DNA of 64,000 nucleotides from Atopobiaceae bacterium. GTDB lineage: Bacteria; Actinomycetota; Coriobacteriia; Coriobacteriales; Atopobiaceae. Where the stretch lies: positions 94,742 to 158,741 of the forward strand of contig JBJEHU010000006.1 of the NCBI GenBank assembly GCA_051876355.1. Direction: 5' to 3'. A program made the position numbers and the translations under genes. Positions 27,911 to 36,180 of the stretch are shown here, piece after piece. Every line of letters begins with the position of its first letter. The stretch's first letter is position 1. The notes beneath the pieces are model-generated. The model saw only the letters and a program-made list of their open reading frames with translations. It did not search any database and was not told the origin of the DNA.

Positions 27911-28291
27911 CTACTTCAGGCTCTCCTGATAGACGTTGTTGCCGGCAAGGGCGCCGACAAGGCCGTCTGCAAGGACGAGGACCGCCAGTACCGGATAGAC
28001 CACAGAGGGCTGCGGTGCGAACACGCCTACGGCGTAGAGGATGACAGAGACGACGCCGAGCGCGCATGCCACGACGTAGATTGGGATGATGCCCTTCGTG
28101 CGGGACGGCGTATTGGCAGCGCGTGCTCCCTGGAAGCCGGAGATTGCAGACATGAGGCCGTCGGCCGCAAGGACCCAGAATGCGATGCCGCTTCCAGTGC
28201 AGGCGACAACGATACCGACGATTGCAAGGACAAGGCCTGCGAACATGCTTGCAAGGCTCCAGATCTTCAGGAACTTCTGTTTCTCTGTCAT
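27911..28291 (-). CDS. Small hypothetical membrane protein (about 4 TM)
   Basis: Hydrophobic 126-aa product. ATG 28291 is preceded by GGAGGG. The track ORF extends to 28342. No family recognised. Confidence 0.55.
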   Translation of the reverse strand: MTEKQKFLKIWSLASMFAGLVLAIVGIVVACTGSGIAFWVLAADGLMSAISGFQGARAANTPSRTKGIIPIYVVACALGVVSVILYAVGVFAPQPSVVYPVLAVLVLADGLVGALAGNNVYQESLK

Positions 28292-28464
28292 GGCAATGAA
28301 TCCCTCCGGATGGTTTTGATTCTCTAGGTCCTTGTACCACAAAGGCCAGAGCGTAAGCAGGGCGGCCCTAAATAGCTCCTGAAGGGCATCCTGAAAAGGG
28401 GAGCGGGAGAACGATAGGCACGATATCGAGAAAGCGTGAAGGGCGGACGTTCGAAAAATCGTGC

Positions 28465-28492
28465 TTGACCGGAACCGTGCTTCTGTTATAGT
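28465..28492 (+). promoter_or_regulatory. Candidate tRNA cluster promoter (TTGACC-16 nt-TATAGT)
   Basis: Near-consensus hexamers. The -10 ends about 16 nt before the tRNA-Ala 5' end. Confidence 0.5.
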
Positions 28493-28508
28493 AATTCCCG
28501 CACCGCAT

Positions 28509-28584
28509 GGGGAATTAGCTCAGTTGGGAGAGCGCATGACTGGCAGTCATGAGGTCAGGGGTTCGAATCCCCTATTCTCCACCA
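28509..28584 (+). tRNA. tRNA-Ala (anticodon GGC)
   Basis: Hand-folded 76-nt cloverleaf. Acceptor GGGGAAT/ATTCTCC with the G3:U70 identity pair, anticodon loop CTGGCAG, TTCGAAT T-loop and encoded CCA. Confidence 0.9.
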
Positions 28585-28594
28585 TGATTACTCC

Positions 28595-28615
28595 GCAGGC
28601 CACGTCGTGGCCTGC
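28595..28615 (+). terminator. Hairpin after tRNA-Ala (terminator-like or processing signal)
   Basis: Perfect 9-bp stem GCAGGCCAC / GTGGCCTGC followed by TTGCTTT. Confidence 0.35.
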
Positions 28616-28686
28616 TTGCTTTGGGAGTGCAGTGAGGCTTTTCCTGATAGACGGGGATGGCGTAATCTGCTAACATACTCCCGCAC

Positions 28687-28761
28687 GGGCGATTGGCTCA
28701 GGGGTAGAGCACTTCCTTCACACGGAAGGGGTCGCTGGTTCGAATCCAGCATCGCCCACCA
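28687..28761 (+). tRNA. tRNA-Val (anticodon CAC)
   Basis: Hand-folded 75-nt cloverleaf. Acceptor GGGCGAT/ATCGCCC, anticodon loop TTCACAC, TTCGAAT T-loop and encoded CCA. Confidence 0.9.
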
Positions 28762-28771
28762 GGCATATGAG

Positions 28772-28799
28772 GGCGGCGGCTCAGGCCGTCGCCTTTTTT
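28772..28799 (+). terminator. Intrinsic terminator-like hairpin after tRNA-Val
   Basis: 9-bp GC-rich stem GGCGGCGGC / GCCGTCGCC (one G-U pair), TCAG loop, then TTTTTT. Confidence 0.6.
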
Positions 28800-28806
28800 C
28801 ATGAAA

Positions 28807-28882
28807 GGGCTCATGGCGCAACGGTTAGCGCAGGGGACTCATAATCCCTGGGTTGCAGGTTCGAATCCTGCTGGGCCCACCA
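28807..28882 (+). tRNA. tRNA with CAT anticodon (elongator Met type; lysidine-modified Ile2 identity not excluded)
   Basis: Hand-folded 76-nt cloverleaf. Acceptor GGGCTCA/TGGGCCC with a G1-C72 pair, anticodon loop CTCATAA and encoded CCA. Confidence 0.85.
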
Positions 28883-28889
28883 GACATTC

Positions 28890-28919
28890 GAGGCCGGCAG
28901 CTCGCTGCTGGCCTCTTTT
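28890..28919 (+). terminator. Intrinsic terminator-like hairpin after tRNA-Met
   Basis: 10-bp stem GAGGCCGGCA / TGCTGGCCTC (one G-U pair), 6-nt loop, then TTTT. Confidence 0.55.
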
Positions 28920-28938
28920 CGTCGGAAGGAAGACGCCC

Positions 28939-29739
28939 ATGTTCGGATTCCTCAGGAAGCGCAGCAAGGATAGCGGCAATGCGTCGAATGACGCAGATGC
29001 ACATCGGCTTGATGGCAAGACATCGATCTTCAATCTCCGCGAGCTTGCAGGATATCCTGGAGAGGATGGGCCGACGCTTCCTCATCGGTTCCTCCGCTCA
29101 GGCGCGCTCGATGCAGCGACAGAGGCCGACTGCGCCTTCCTCAAGGGATATGGCGTGCGTCGTGTCGTCGATCTGAGGGGTACGGCCGAGCTCGCGCATG
29201 GAGATGGGCTTCTTGCGCAGGATCCCGACATCGCCTGGATCAACGTGCCGCTCTTCGACTACAACATGAGCGATCCCTATCTCATGCCCCGTACGGGCCA
29301 GGCGGGATATCTCGCAGAGAGCTACTGCACGATACTTGCGAACAAGCCTGCCGTGAAGGAGATCTTCGAGTTCTTCGCTGAGGCAGCAGAGGACGAGTGC
29401 ATCCTCTTCCACTGTGCAGCAGGCATGGACCGGACGGGCGTCACGTCGATGCTCCTTCTGGGCCTCGCCGGTGTCGACCGCGATCATATCATCTGCGACT
29501 ACTCCTATTCCTTCGGCGGCGAGCGCGAGGTCGACAAGGCGGTCATGTCCGGAAAGCCGCCTGAGAAGATGCGGGTGCGTCCGGAGCTCAAGAACCGCAT
29601 CAAGGCCATATCCGAGACGTGGGACCTGCTCATTGCCGGCTATGGCTCGGCTGACACCTATCTCGACTCCTGCGGCATCATGCCCGAGACGAGGCGGGCT
29701 GTGCGCGAGCATCTCCTGGGCCCTGACGCAATCGCATAG
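28939..29739 (+). CDS. Tyrosine-protein phosphatase family protein (CX5R, Y_phosphatase3-like)
   Basis: Active-site loop HCAAGMDRTG. The track ORF start (28801) runs through tRNA-Met. ATG 28939 with a GGAAGGA RBS was chosen instead. Confidence 0.8.
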   Translation: MFGFLRKRSKDSGNASNDADAHRLDGKTSIFNLRELAGYPGEDGPTLPHRFLRSGALDAATEADCAFLKGYGVRRVVDLRGTAELAHGDGLLAQDPDIAWINVPLFDYNMSDPYLMPRTGQAGYLAESYCTILANKPAVKEIFEFFAEAAEDECILFHCAAGMDRTGVTSMLLLGLAGVDRDHIICDYSYSFGGEREVDKAVMSGKPPEKMRVRPELKNRIKAISETWDLLIAGYGSADTYLDSCGIMPETRRAVREHLLGPDAIA

Positions 29740-29845
29740 GGCTGCAGCTTCTGACGGCTTCCCTGTACTTCACGTGGCGTTTTCGCAGATGCGTGCTCCG
29801 TACCCTATACTCATGGGATGAGGAACCGTCCGGAAAGGGGACGCT

Positions 29846-30226
29846 ATGGCAGAAAGCGAAGATCCGAAGCAGCTCTTCGGCATGTACGTGGCACATGTCG
29901 GCATCAATGCCTCGACCGACGAGGAGGCCGAGGCCATCGTGAAGGAGTTCTCCGACCTCATGGGGCTTGCACGCGAGGTCTTCTCGCCGGCAAGCGTCTT
30001 TGCAAGCAACCTGATCGAGGTCATGCGTCCCGGCCGCGGCCGTGGCACGAAGGGCCATATCGGCTTCCATGTGGATGACATCGACGCGGCAGAGAAATGG
30101 TTCAAGGCGCGCGGCTTCGAGATCAACGAGGATTCCCGCGTGAAGAATCCGGACGGCTCGACGTACCTCGTGTATTTCAAGCATGAGATCGCTGGATTCG
30201 CGATCCATCTGACCGTTCAGAAGTAG
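29846..30226 (+). CDS. VOC (glyoxalase/bleomycin-resistance fold) family protein
   Basis: 126 aa with a beta-alpha-beta-beta-beta-like pattern (VAHVGINAS...GHIGFHVDDIDAA...FAIHL). The family assignment is tentative. Confidence 0.55.
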   Translation: MAESEDPKQLFGMYVAHVGINASTDEEAEAIVKEFSDLMGLAREVFSPASVFASNLIEVMRPGRGRGTKGHIGFHVDDIDAAEKWFKARGFEINEDSRVKNPDGSTYLVYFKHEIAGFAIHLTVQK

Positions 30227-30238
30227 GAGTCCTTTCAC

Positions 30239-32233
30239 GTGATAGTTCTTGCGGACAAGATCACAAAGTCATTCGGCGGCCGCGTTCTCTACGCGGCCGC
30301 TACATTGCAGCTCAATGCCGGAGAGCGCTGGGCGCTTGTCGGCCCGAACGGAGCAGGCAAGACCACGTTCCTGAAGATCCTCATGGGCCTCGAGACGCCC
30401 GACGAAGGAACGGTCTCCTTCGCGAAGGATACGACGGTCGGCTACCTCGAGCAGGAGACGAAGATCTCCGGCACGAAGACGGCACTCCAGGAGGTCATCG
30501 ATTCCGCCACGGAGATACGCCGCTGGGAGAAGCGTGTCCACGAGCTCGAGAAGGAGATCTCGTATACGCCCGAGGGCCCCGCGCTCGACCACATGCTCGA
30601 GGACTACTCCCATGCCCAGGAGCGCTTCGAGCACCTTGGAGGCTATGAGCTCGATGCCCGTGCACGCCAGATTCTTGCCGGCCTCGGCTTCCCGGTCGAG
30701 GACTTCGACAAGCCTGCCGTCGACTTCTCGGGCGGCTGGCAGATGCGCATCGCGCTCTCGAAGCTCCTTCTCCGCCATCCCGATCTTTTGCTCCTCGACG
30801 AGCCGACGAACCACCTCGACCTCGAGAGCGTCCAGTGGCTCGAGCATTTCATCTCGTCGTATGACGGAGCGGTGCTCATCGTCTCGCATGACCGCTCGTT
30901 CATGGATGCGTGCGTGAGCCATGTGGCCTCGATCGAGAACCGCAAGATCCAGACGTATGTCGGCAACTACGATTCCTATCTCAAGCAGCGCGAGGACAAC
31001 CTCGAGCAGATGCGCGCGAAGCGTGCGGCGCAGGAGCGCGAGATAGCCCATATGCAGGTCTTCGTCGACAAGTTCCGCTACAAGCCGACAAAGGCAGCCC
31101 AGGCACAGGAGCGCATGAAGCGCATCGAGGAGATCAAGAAGGAGCTCGTGATCCTGCCGGAAGGCACGAAGCAGGTCCACTTCTCGTTTCCCGATCCTCC
31201 GCGCACGGGCGACACCGTAATCAGCCTCAAGGATGTCGCGAAGTCGTTCGGCGACAACCATGTCTACGACCATGTGAATGTGAGCCTCTATCGTGGCGAC
31301 CATGTGGCGCTCGTCGGCCCGAACGGTGCCGGCAAGTCCACGCTCATGAAGCTCATGAACGGCAAGCTTGCGCCCGACGAGGGTACGGTCGAGCTCGGCC
31401 AGAACGTGACGGAGTCCTACTACGCCCAGCACCAGCTCGAAGAGCTCGACCCGGCGCATACGGCGCTCCAGGAGATCGACGAGGTCGCACCGGGTTGGAC
31501 GACGTCTGAGGAAAGGCGCCTTCTCGGCGCGTTCCTGTTCCACGGCGACGATGTGGACAAGCATGTGAGCGTGCTTTCCGGCGGCGAAAGGGCACGTCTC
31601 GCGCTTGCAAAGATGCTCGTGAAGCCAGACCCGCTCCTGCTCCTCGACGAGCCGACAAACCATCTCGATATCGACTCTGTCGATGTCCTCGAAGAGGCGC
31701 TCAAGGACTTCCCGGGCACGATCGTCCTCATCAGCCACGATGAGCACCTCGTGCGCGCAATCGCGAACAAGGTCATCGATGTCCGCGACCACAAGGTCAC
31801 GATGTACGACGGCGACTATGAGTACTACCTCTGGAAGAAGGCCGAGCTCGAGGCCAGAGCCCAGGAGGAGCAGGAAGGCTCCGGCGTTGTCGCAGCGCCT
31901 TCCAGGAAGGCTCCTGCTCCCGAGCCGGAGAGCACGGGCCGCAACGTGAAGACGAAGGAGCAGCGCCGAGCCGAAGCCGAGGCCAGAAATGCCCTGAACC
32001 GTGCGCTCAGGAAGGAGCGCAAGCGCCTCAAGGAGGTCGAGGCAGCGCTCGAGCCTGCCCGCAAGCGCTACGACGAGCTCATGGCCCAGATGGCATCGGA
32101 GGAGCTCTACAACGATGCCAAGAAGTTCGATGAGTGCATGAAGGAATACACGGCACTCAGCAAGAAGATTCCGGCCCTCGAGGACGAGTGGCTCGAGCTT
32201 TCGACGAAGATCGAGGAAGCGGGCCAGGAGTGA
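30239..32233 (+). CDS. ABC-F family ATPase (YheS/YdiF-like) with a charged coiled-coil C-terminal extension
   Basis: Two NBDs ([14 protein letters not shown]...[11 protein letters not shown] and [14 protein letters not shown]...[11 protein letters not shown]) and the inter-domain linker [23 protein letters not shown]. No TM domains. Confidence 0.9.
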   Translation: MIVLADKITKSFGGRVLYAAATLQLNAGERWALVGPNGAGKTTFLKILMGLETPDEGTVSFAKDTTVGYLEQETKISGTKTALQEVIDSATEIRRWEKRVHELEKEISYTPEGPALDHMLEDYSHAQERFEHLGGYELDARARQILAGLGFPVEDFDKPAVDFSGGWQMRIALSKLLLRHPDLLLLDEPTNHLDLESVQWLEHFISSYDGAVLIVSHDRSFMDACVSHVASIENRKIQTYVGNYDSYLKQREDNLEQMRAKRAAQEREIAHMQVFVDKFRYKPTKAAQAQERMKRIEEIKKELVILPEGTKQVHFSFPDPPRTGDTVISLKDVAKSFGDNHVYDHVNVSLYRGDHVALVGPNGAGKSTLMKLMNGKLAPDEGTVELGQNVTESYYAQHQLEELDPAHTALQEIDEVAPGWTTSEERRLLGAFLFHGDDVDKHVSVLSGGERARLALAKMLVKPDPLLLLDEPTNHLDIDSVDVLEEALKDFPGTIVLISHDEHLVRAIANKVIDVRDHKVTMYDGDYEYYLWKKAELEARAQEEQEGSGVVAAPSRKAPAPEPESTGRNVKTKEQRRAEAEARNALNRALRKERKRLKEVEAALEPARKRYDELMAQMASEELYNDAKKFDECMKEYTALSKKIPALEDEWLELSTKIEEAGQE

Positions 32234-32508
32234 AGCAGAAGGCGCTCCATATCCTCTCGGCCGTGCTGCTTGTCCTGGCAATCGTCTGGGCGGCCATCGT
32301 GCTTCTTGTCGCGCTCTATGCGGGTACAAACAGGCTGGCGCTTGTCGGATTCACGAACACCGTGGCACTCTTCGTGCCATCTGCGTGGCGCGGCATGCTC
32401 GTCTGCCCGCTGCCGACAGGAGGGAGCCTGCGCGGCGACTTCCTGATCATGGCGGGAGCATGCCTTGCCCTCTCGCGCCTCTGTGCCTGGCTTGCCAGAC
32501 GTATCTGA
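32230..32508 (+). CDS. Small hypothetical membrane protein
   Basis: The GTG start overlaps the ABC-F stop (GTGA). The 92-aa product has 2-3 hydrophobic spans. Third codon positions are GC-rich like the neighbouring genes. Fills an otherwise empty 300-nt gap. Confidence 0.45.
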   Translation: MKQKALHILSAVLLVLAIVWAAIVLLVALYAGTNRLALVGFTNTVALFVPSAWRGMLVCPLPTGGSLRGDFLIMAGACLALSRLCAWLARRI

Positions 32509-32537
32509 CCTTCGACGAAGATGGAGGAGAACGCACG

Positions 32538-33206
32538 ATGTATCAGCTCATGACCATCATCACGGCAGCGATCTCCGTCGCGCTCCTGATGTTTTCTGCC
32601 ATGGTCCACGAAGTTGCCCATGGCTGGGTAGCATACAAGCTCGGAGATCCGACGGCGAAGAATGCTGGCAGGCTCACGCTCAACCCGAAGGCGCACCTCG
32701 ACCCCTTCGGCTCAATCGTCCTGCCCCTCATCATGGTCATCCTCAAGGGTCCGGTCTTCGCCTATGCTAAGCCGGTGCCCTACAACCCCTACAATCTCCG
32801 CCATCCCGACCGCGACGAGGTGCTCGTCGCCCTCGCAGGGCCGGCGTCGAACATCCTGCAGGCGCTTGTCGGCGCGCTTCTCTTCAACGTCCTCTATCAG
32901 GTGCTGCCGCTTTCGCTCTATGGCCCTGCCTACTGGCTGCTCTACATCCTTTCGAGCTACGTCTACGTGAATCTCATGCTCGCATTCTTCAACCTGATTC
33001 CGCTGCCGCCGCTTGATGGCTCGAAGATCATCATGCCGCTCCTGCATGGGCAGGCACGAGAGAAGTACTACGAGATCCAGCGCTACGCGATGCCGATCCT
33101 GATCGTGCTGCTCTATCTCGTGCCGATGGTATTCAAGGTCGACCCGCTCGGCATCTATCTCAACTTCACGGCAGACCATCTCTACAATCTGCTTCTGGGA
33201 GCGTGA
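32538..33206 (+). CDS. Site-2 protease family (M50, PDZ-less, YwhC-like) zinc metalloprotease
   Basis: HEVAHG in TM1 and FNLIPLPPLDGSK. GGAGGAG RBS before ATG 32538. Confidence 0.8.
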   Translation: MYQLMTIITAAISVALLMFSAMVHEVAHGWVAYKLGDPTAKNAGRLTLNPKAHLDPFGSIVLPLIMVILKGPVFAYAKPVPYNPYNLRHPDRDEVLVALAGPASNILQALVGALLFNVLYQVLPLSLYGPAYWLLYILSSYVYVNLMLAFFNLIPLPPLDGSKIIMPLLHGQAREKYYEIQRYAMPILIVLLYLVPMVFKVDPLGIYLNFTADHLYNLLLGA

Positions 33207-33210
33207 GAGC

Positions 33211-34020
33211 GTGTCGTTCCGTGTCCAGACGCAAGGGTATTCGGGGCCGTTCGACCTCCTTCTCCAGCTCGTCACGAGGAAGAAGGTCGCGATCGGCTCC
33301 ATCTCCATATCGGAGGTCGCAGACCAGTATCTCGAAGAGGTCAACCGCATGGGGGACCTCGACCTCGAGGTGGCAAGCGACTTCGTCCTTGTCGCCTCGA
33401 CGCTTCTGGATATCAAGGCAGCATCGCTCGTGCCGGAGGAGCCGGTACGGGTCCAAGATCCTGACGACCTCGACGATACAGGGCTCGAAGACCTCGACCC
33501 TGCGCAGGCACGCGAGGTCCTGATTGCCCGCCTCATTGCCTACAAGCAGATCAGGAATGCCGCATCGGCGCTGGCGGCGCGCATGGAGGCAGAATCGAGG
33601 ATGCTGCCGAGGACGGCCGGTCCCGACCCCGAGTTTCTGGGCCTCATGCCCGACTATACGAAGGGCATCACGATCTCGAGCCTGGCCGTCATCTGCGCCG
33701 ACCTCGATTCGCGCCACGAGCATTTCCTGCTCGAGGCCGAGCACATCGCGCCGAAGCGCATCTCGCTGGCGCTGGTCATGGCATCGGTCGATCGCTTCAC
33801 GCGCTCGCGGGGACAGTGCACGTTCGACGAGCTGCTTGAAGGCTCGAAGGACCCAGAGAAGGTCGTTGCGACCTTCCTTGCCATGCTCACGCTCTATCAC
33901 CGCGGCTCCATCACGGTCGAGCAGGAAGAGAATTTCGCTCCGATCGAGATTTCGAGGGTCGAGGGCGCTCCTGCCTACGATCCTGCAACCGATCTCGACG
34001 AGTTCGAGGAGGTCTCATAG
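33211..34020 (+). CDS. scpA: Segregation and condensation protein A (kleisin)
   Basis: GPFDLLLQLVTRKKV and ISEVADQYLE. Followed by scpB. Confidence 0.9.
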   Translation: MSFRVQTQGYSGPFDLLLQLVTRKKVAIGSISISEVADQYLEEVNRMGDLDLEVASDFVLVASTLLDIKAASLVPEEPVRVQDPDDLDDTGLEDLDPAQAREVLIARLIAYKQIRNAASALAARMEAESRMLPRTAGPDPEFLGLMPDYTKGITISSLAVICADLDSRHEHFLLEAEHIAPKRISLALVMASVDRFTRSRGQCTFDELLEGSKDPEKVVATFLAMLTLYHRGSITVEQEENFAPIEISRVEGAPAYDPATDLDEFEEVS

Positions 34021-34712
34021 TGGAAGATCTGGCACATCTCGACGATGCATCCATCAAGGGCGCGACGGAAGCCATCCTCCTCGTGTCGTCCGATCCGCTC
34101 TCTGCGGTGGAGCTCGCGAAGATATTGGGCATCCAGCCCGGCGAGGCCGCCAGCGTGCTGGCGGAGCTCTCGGCTGAGTATGCCGATGCGAACCGCGGCT
34201 TCCAGCTGCGCGAGGTCGCTGGCGGCTGGCGCCTCTTCACGCATCCTGCCTATCACGATATCGTGGAGCGCTACGTCCTGAGCTGGGACACGAGAAAGCT
34301 CTCACAGGCAGCGCTCGAGACCCTTGCTGTCATTGCCTATCACCAGCCGGTCACGCGCGAAGGCGTGAAGGCCGTGCGTGGCGTGAACTCCGAAGGCGTC
34401 ATATCGTCTTTGATCGAGAAGGGGCTCGTGCGCGAGCTGGGGCGTGCTCCAGAGCATGCCAACGCAATCGTCTATGGCACGACAAGGGCCTTCCTCGAGC
34501 AGTTTGGCCTGAGGAGCCTGAAGGACCTGCCGCCTCTCGAGGACTTTGCACCCGACGAGGAATCGAAGCGCTTCATCCGCGAGCGCCTTTCCGGCAGCTC
34601 CATCGCATCGACCCTCGAGGAGACGGCAGACGATATCGACGACGAGCGCGATCTGCTCGATGGGGCAGAGCTCGCAGAGGACGAGGAAGCGTCTGGAGAT
34701 GATGAGGCGTGA
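34020..34712 (+). CDS. scpB: Segregation and condensation protein B
   Basis: EAILLVSSDPLS, ETLAVIAYHQPVTR and YGTTRAFLEQFGL, plus an acidic tail. Confidence 0.9.
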   Translation: MEDLAHLDDASIKGATEAILLVSSDPLSAVELAKILGIQPGEAASVLAELSAEYADANRGFQLREVAGGWRLFTHPAYHDIVERYVLSWDTRKLSQAALETLAVIAYHQPVTREGVKAVRGVNSEGVISSLIEKGLVRELGRAPEHANAIVYGTTRAFLEQFGLRSLKDLPPLEDFAPDEESKRFIRERLSGSSIASTLEETADDIDDERDLLDGAELAEDEEASGDDEA

Positions 34713-35506
34713 CGGAAGACGATTTCCGCTACCCGCTCAGGCTCCAGAAGTTCCTGGCCCGTGCTGGCGTTGCAAGCAGGCGCGGTTCCGAGGACCTCAT
34801 GACGGCAGGCAGGGTGACCGTGAACGGCAAGGTCGTCTCGGAGCTTGGTAGCCGTGTCGATCCGAGCCATGATATCGTCTGTGTCGACGGCAGGCGTGTC
34901 GTTATTGCAGAGCATCCTGTCTACCTCATGCTCTACAAGCCGCGCGGCTACCTTACGACGATGGACGATCCGCAGGGACGCCCCTGCGTGCGCGCGCTCG
35001 TGCCCCAGAAGGAATACCCGGGCATCTTTCCCGTGGGACGCCTCGACAAGGATACGACGGGGCTTCTCCTCTTCACGACGAACGGCGATGCCTCCCAGCA
35101 GCTGCTCCATCCCTCGAAGCACGTCTGGAAGCACTATGTCGCGCTCGTCGAAGGAAGGATCACGGCCGAGAACAGGCGGGCGCTCGAAGAGGGCGTGGAG
35201 CTCGATGACGGGAAGACGGCACCGGCAGAGGTCGACTTCCCGAAGCGCGGCAGCGTCGCCTGGGATGCAGTGACGCCCGAAGGCATACGCGTCGGCCAGA
35301 CGGTCGTGGGCCTTACGATCCACGAAGGCAGGAAGCATCAGGTCAAGCGCATGCTCAAGGCAGTCGGGCATGAAGTGGTCTTCCTCCATCGCGATGGCTT
35401 CGGCCCGCTCGAGCTTAAGGATGTTTCATATGGATCGTGGAGGCTTCTGACCGAGAGCGAGATCTCTTCGCTCGAGAAGCTCATCCAGGACAGGAAGAGG
35501 CAATAG
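34709..35506 (+). CDS. rluB: Pseudouridine synthase, RluB/RsuA family (S4 domain)
   Basis: LRLQKFLARAGVASRR is the S4 domain. YLMLYKPRG and GRLDKDTTGLLLFTNDG give the catalytic Asp motif. Confidence 0.85.
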   Translation: MTEDDFRYPLRLQKFLARAGVASRRGSEDLMTAGRVTVNGKVVSELGSRVDPSHDIVCVDGRRVVIAEHPVYLMLYKPRGYLTTMDDPQGRPCVRALVPQKEYPGIFPVGRLDKDTTGLLLFTTNGDASQQLLHPSKHVWKHYVALVEGRITAENRRALEEGVELDDGKTAPAEVDFPKRGSVAWDAVTPEGIRVGQTVVGLTIHEGRKHQVKRMLKAVGHEVVFLHRDGFGPLELKDVSYGSWRLLTESEISSLEKLIQDRKRQ

Positions 35507-35508
35507 GC

Positions 35509-36180
35509 ATGGCACAGGAACTCCAGCGCATCCTCGTGATGCGCCATCCGCAGACGACAGCAAATCTCGATCAGACCCTTTCGGGGAGGCGCAATGTGGA
35601 CCTGAGCCCGAAGGGCGAGGAGCAGGCACGCCGTGCTGTCGATGCCATCGTCACCTGGAAGCCGGACCGTATCCTGACCTCGCCGCTCCAGCGCTGCACG
35701 AAGCTCGCATTTGCCGCGGGCAAGCGCTTGGGCATCGAGCCTGTCGTCGAGGACCGCATCATCGAGATGGACTTCGGCGAGGCCGAAGGCCTCTCTGCCC
35801 AGGAGGCGCACAAGCGCGGCTGGTCGTTCCCGTGGGCGCTTGACGCCGAGGGCCACTCCATCACGGCACCGGGCGGGGAGACCTACGAGCATGCCCTGGC
35901 ACGCGTCCAGTCGCTCCTCGACGACCTCGAGAGCGAGCGCGGACGCACTGTGCTTCTGACGCATGGCGGAATATCGAGGAGCATCCTGCGCGCCATCTAC
36001 GGCACGCCGGCCGACCGCTTCTGGCGTATCCAGATTTCCAATGTATCGTCGTTCGTTCTCTCCTACGATGGAAAGAGATACTTCCTGGCTGCGCTCGGCC
36101 TCACGCCGGAAGAGGTCAAGCGCCGCGTCGAAGAGGATGTCGTGAAGGATCTCGACAACTGGGATGGTGATGCCAAGTGA
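35509..36180 (+). CDS. Histidine phosphatase (phosphoglycerate mutase) family protein
   Basis: RILVMRHPQT carries the catalytic RH, and LLTHGG carries the second His. The start was moved from 35437 to ATG 35509. Confidence 0.75.
   Translation: MAQELQRILVMRHPQTTANLDQTLSGRRNVDLSPKGEEQARRAVDAIVTWKPDRILTSPLQRCTKLAFAAGKRLGIEPVVEDRIIEMDFGEAEGLSAQEAHKRGWSFPWALDAEGHSITAPGGETYEHALARVQSLLDDLESERGRTVLLTHGGISRSILRAIYGTPADRFWRIQISNVSSFVLSYDGKRYFLAALGLTPEEVKRRVEEDVVKDLDNWDGDAK

Noticed and set aside
28461-28821. Small ORFs 28461-28673, 28588-28821 and 28607-28804, plus the 5' extension of 28801-29739.
   Set aside because: They run through the three tRNA genes and their hairpins, so the tRNA folds explain the sequence.
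28807-28882. Considered that the CAT-anticodon tRNA is the initiator tRNA-fMet, because of G-C pairs in the anticodon stem.
   Set aside because: The 1-72 position is a normal G-C pair, not the C-A mismatch of bacterial initiators. The three G-C pairs are at 28-30/40-42, not 29-31/39-41.
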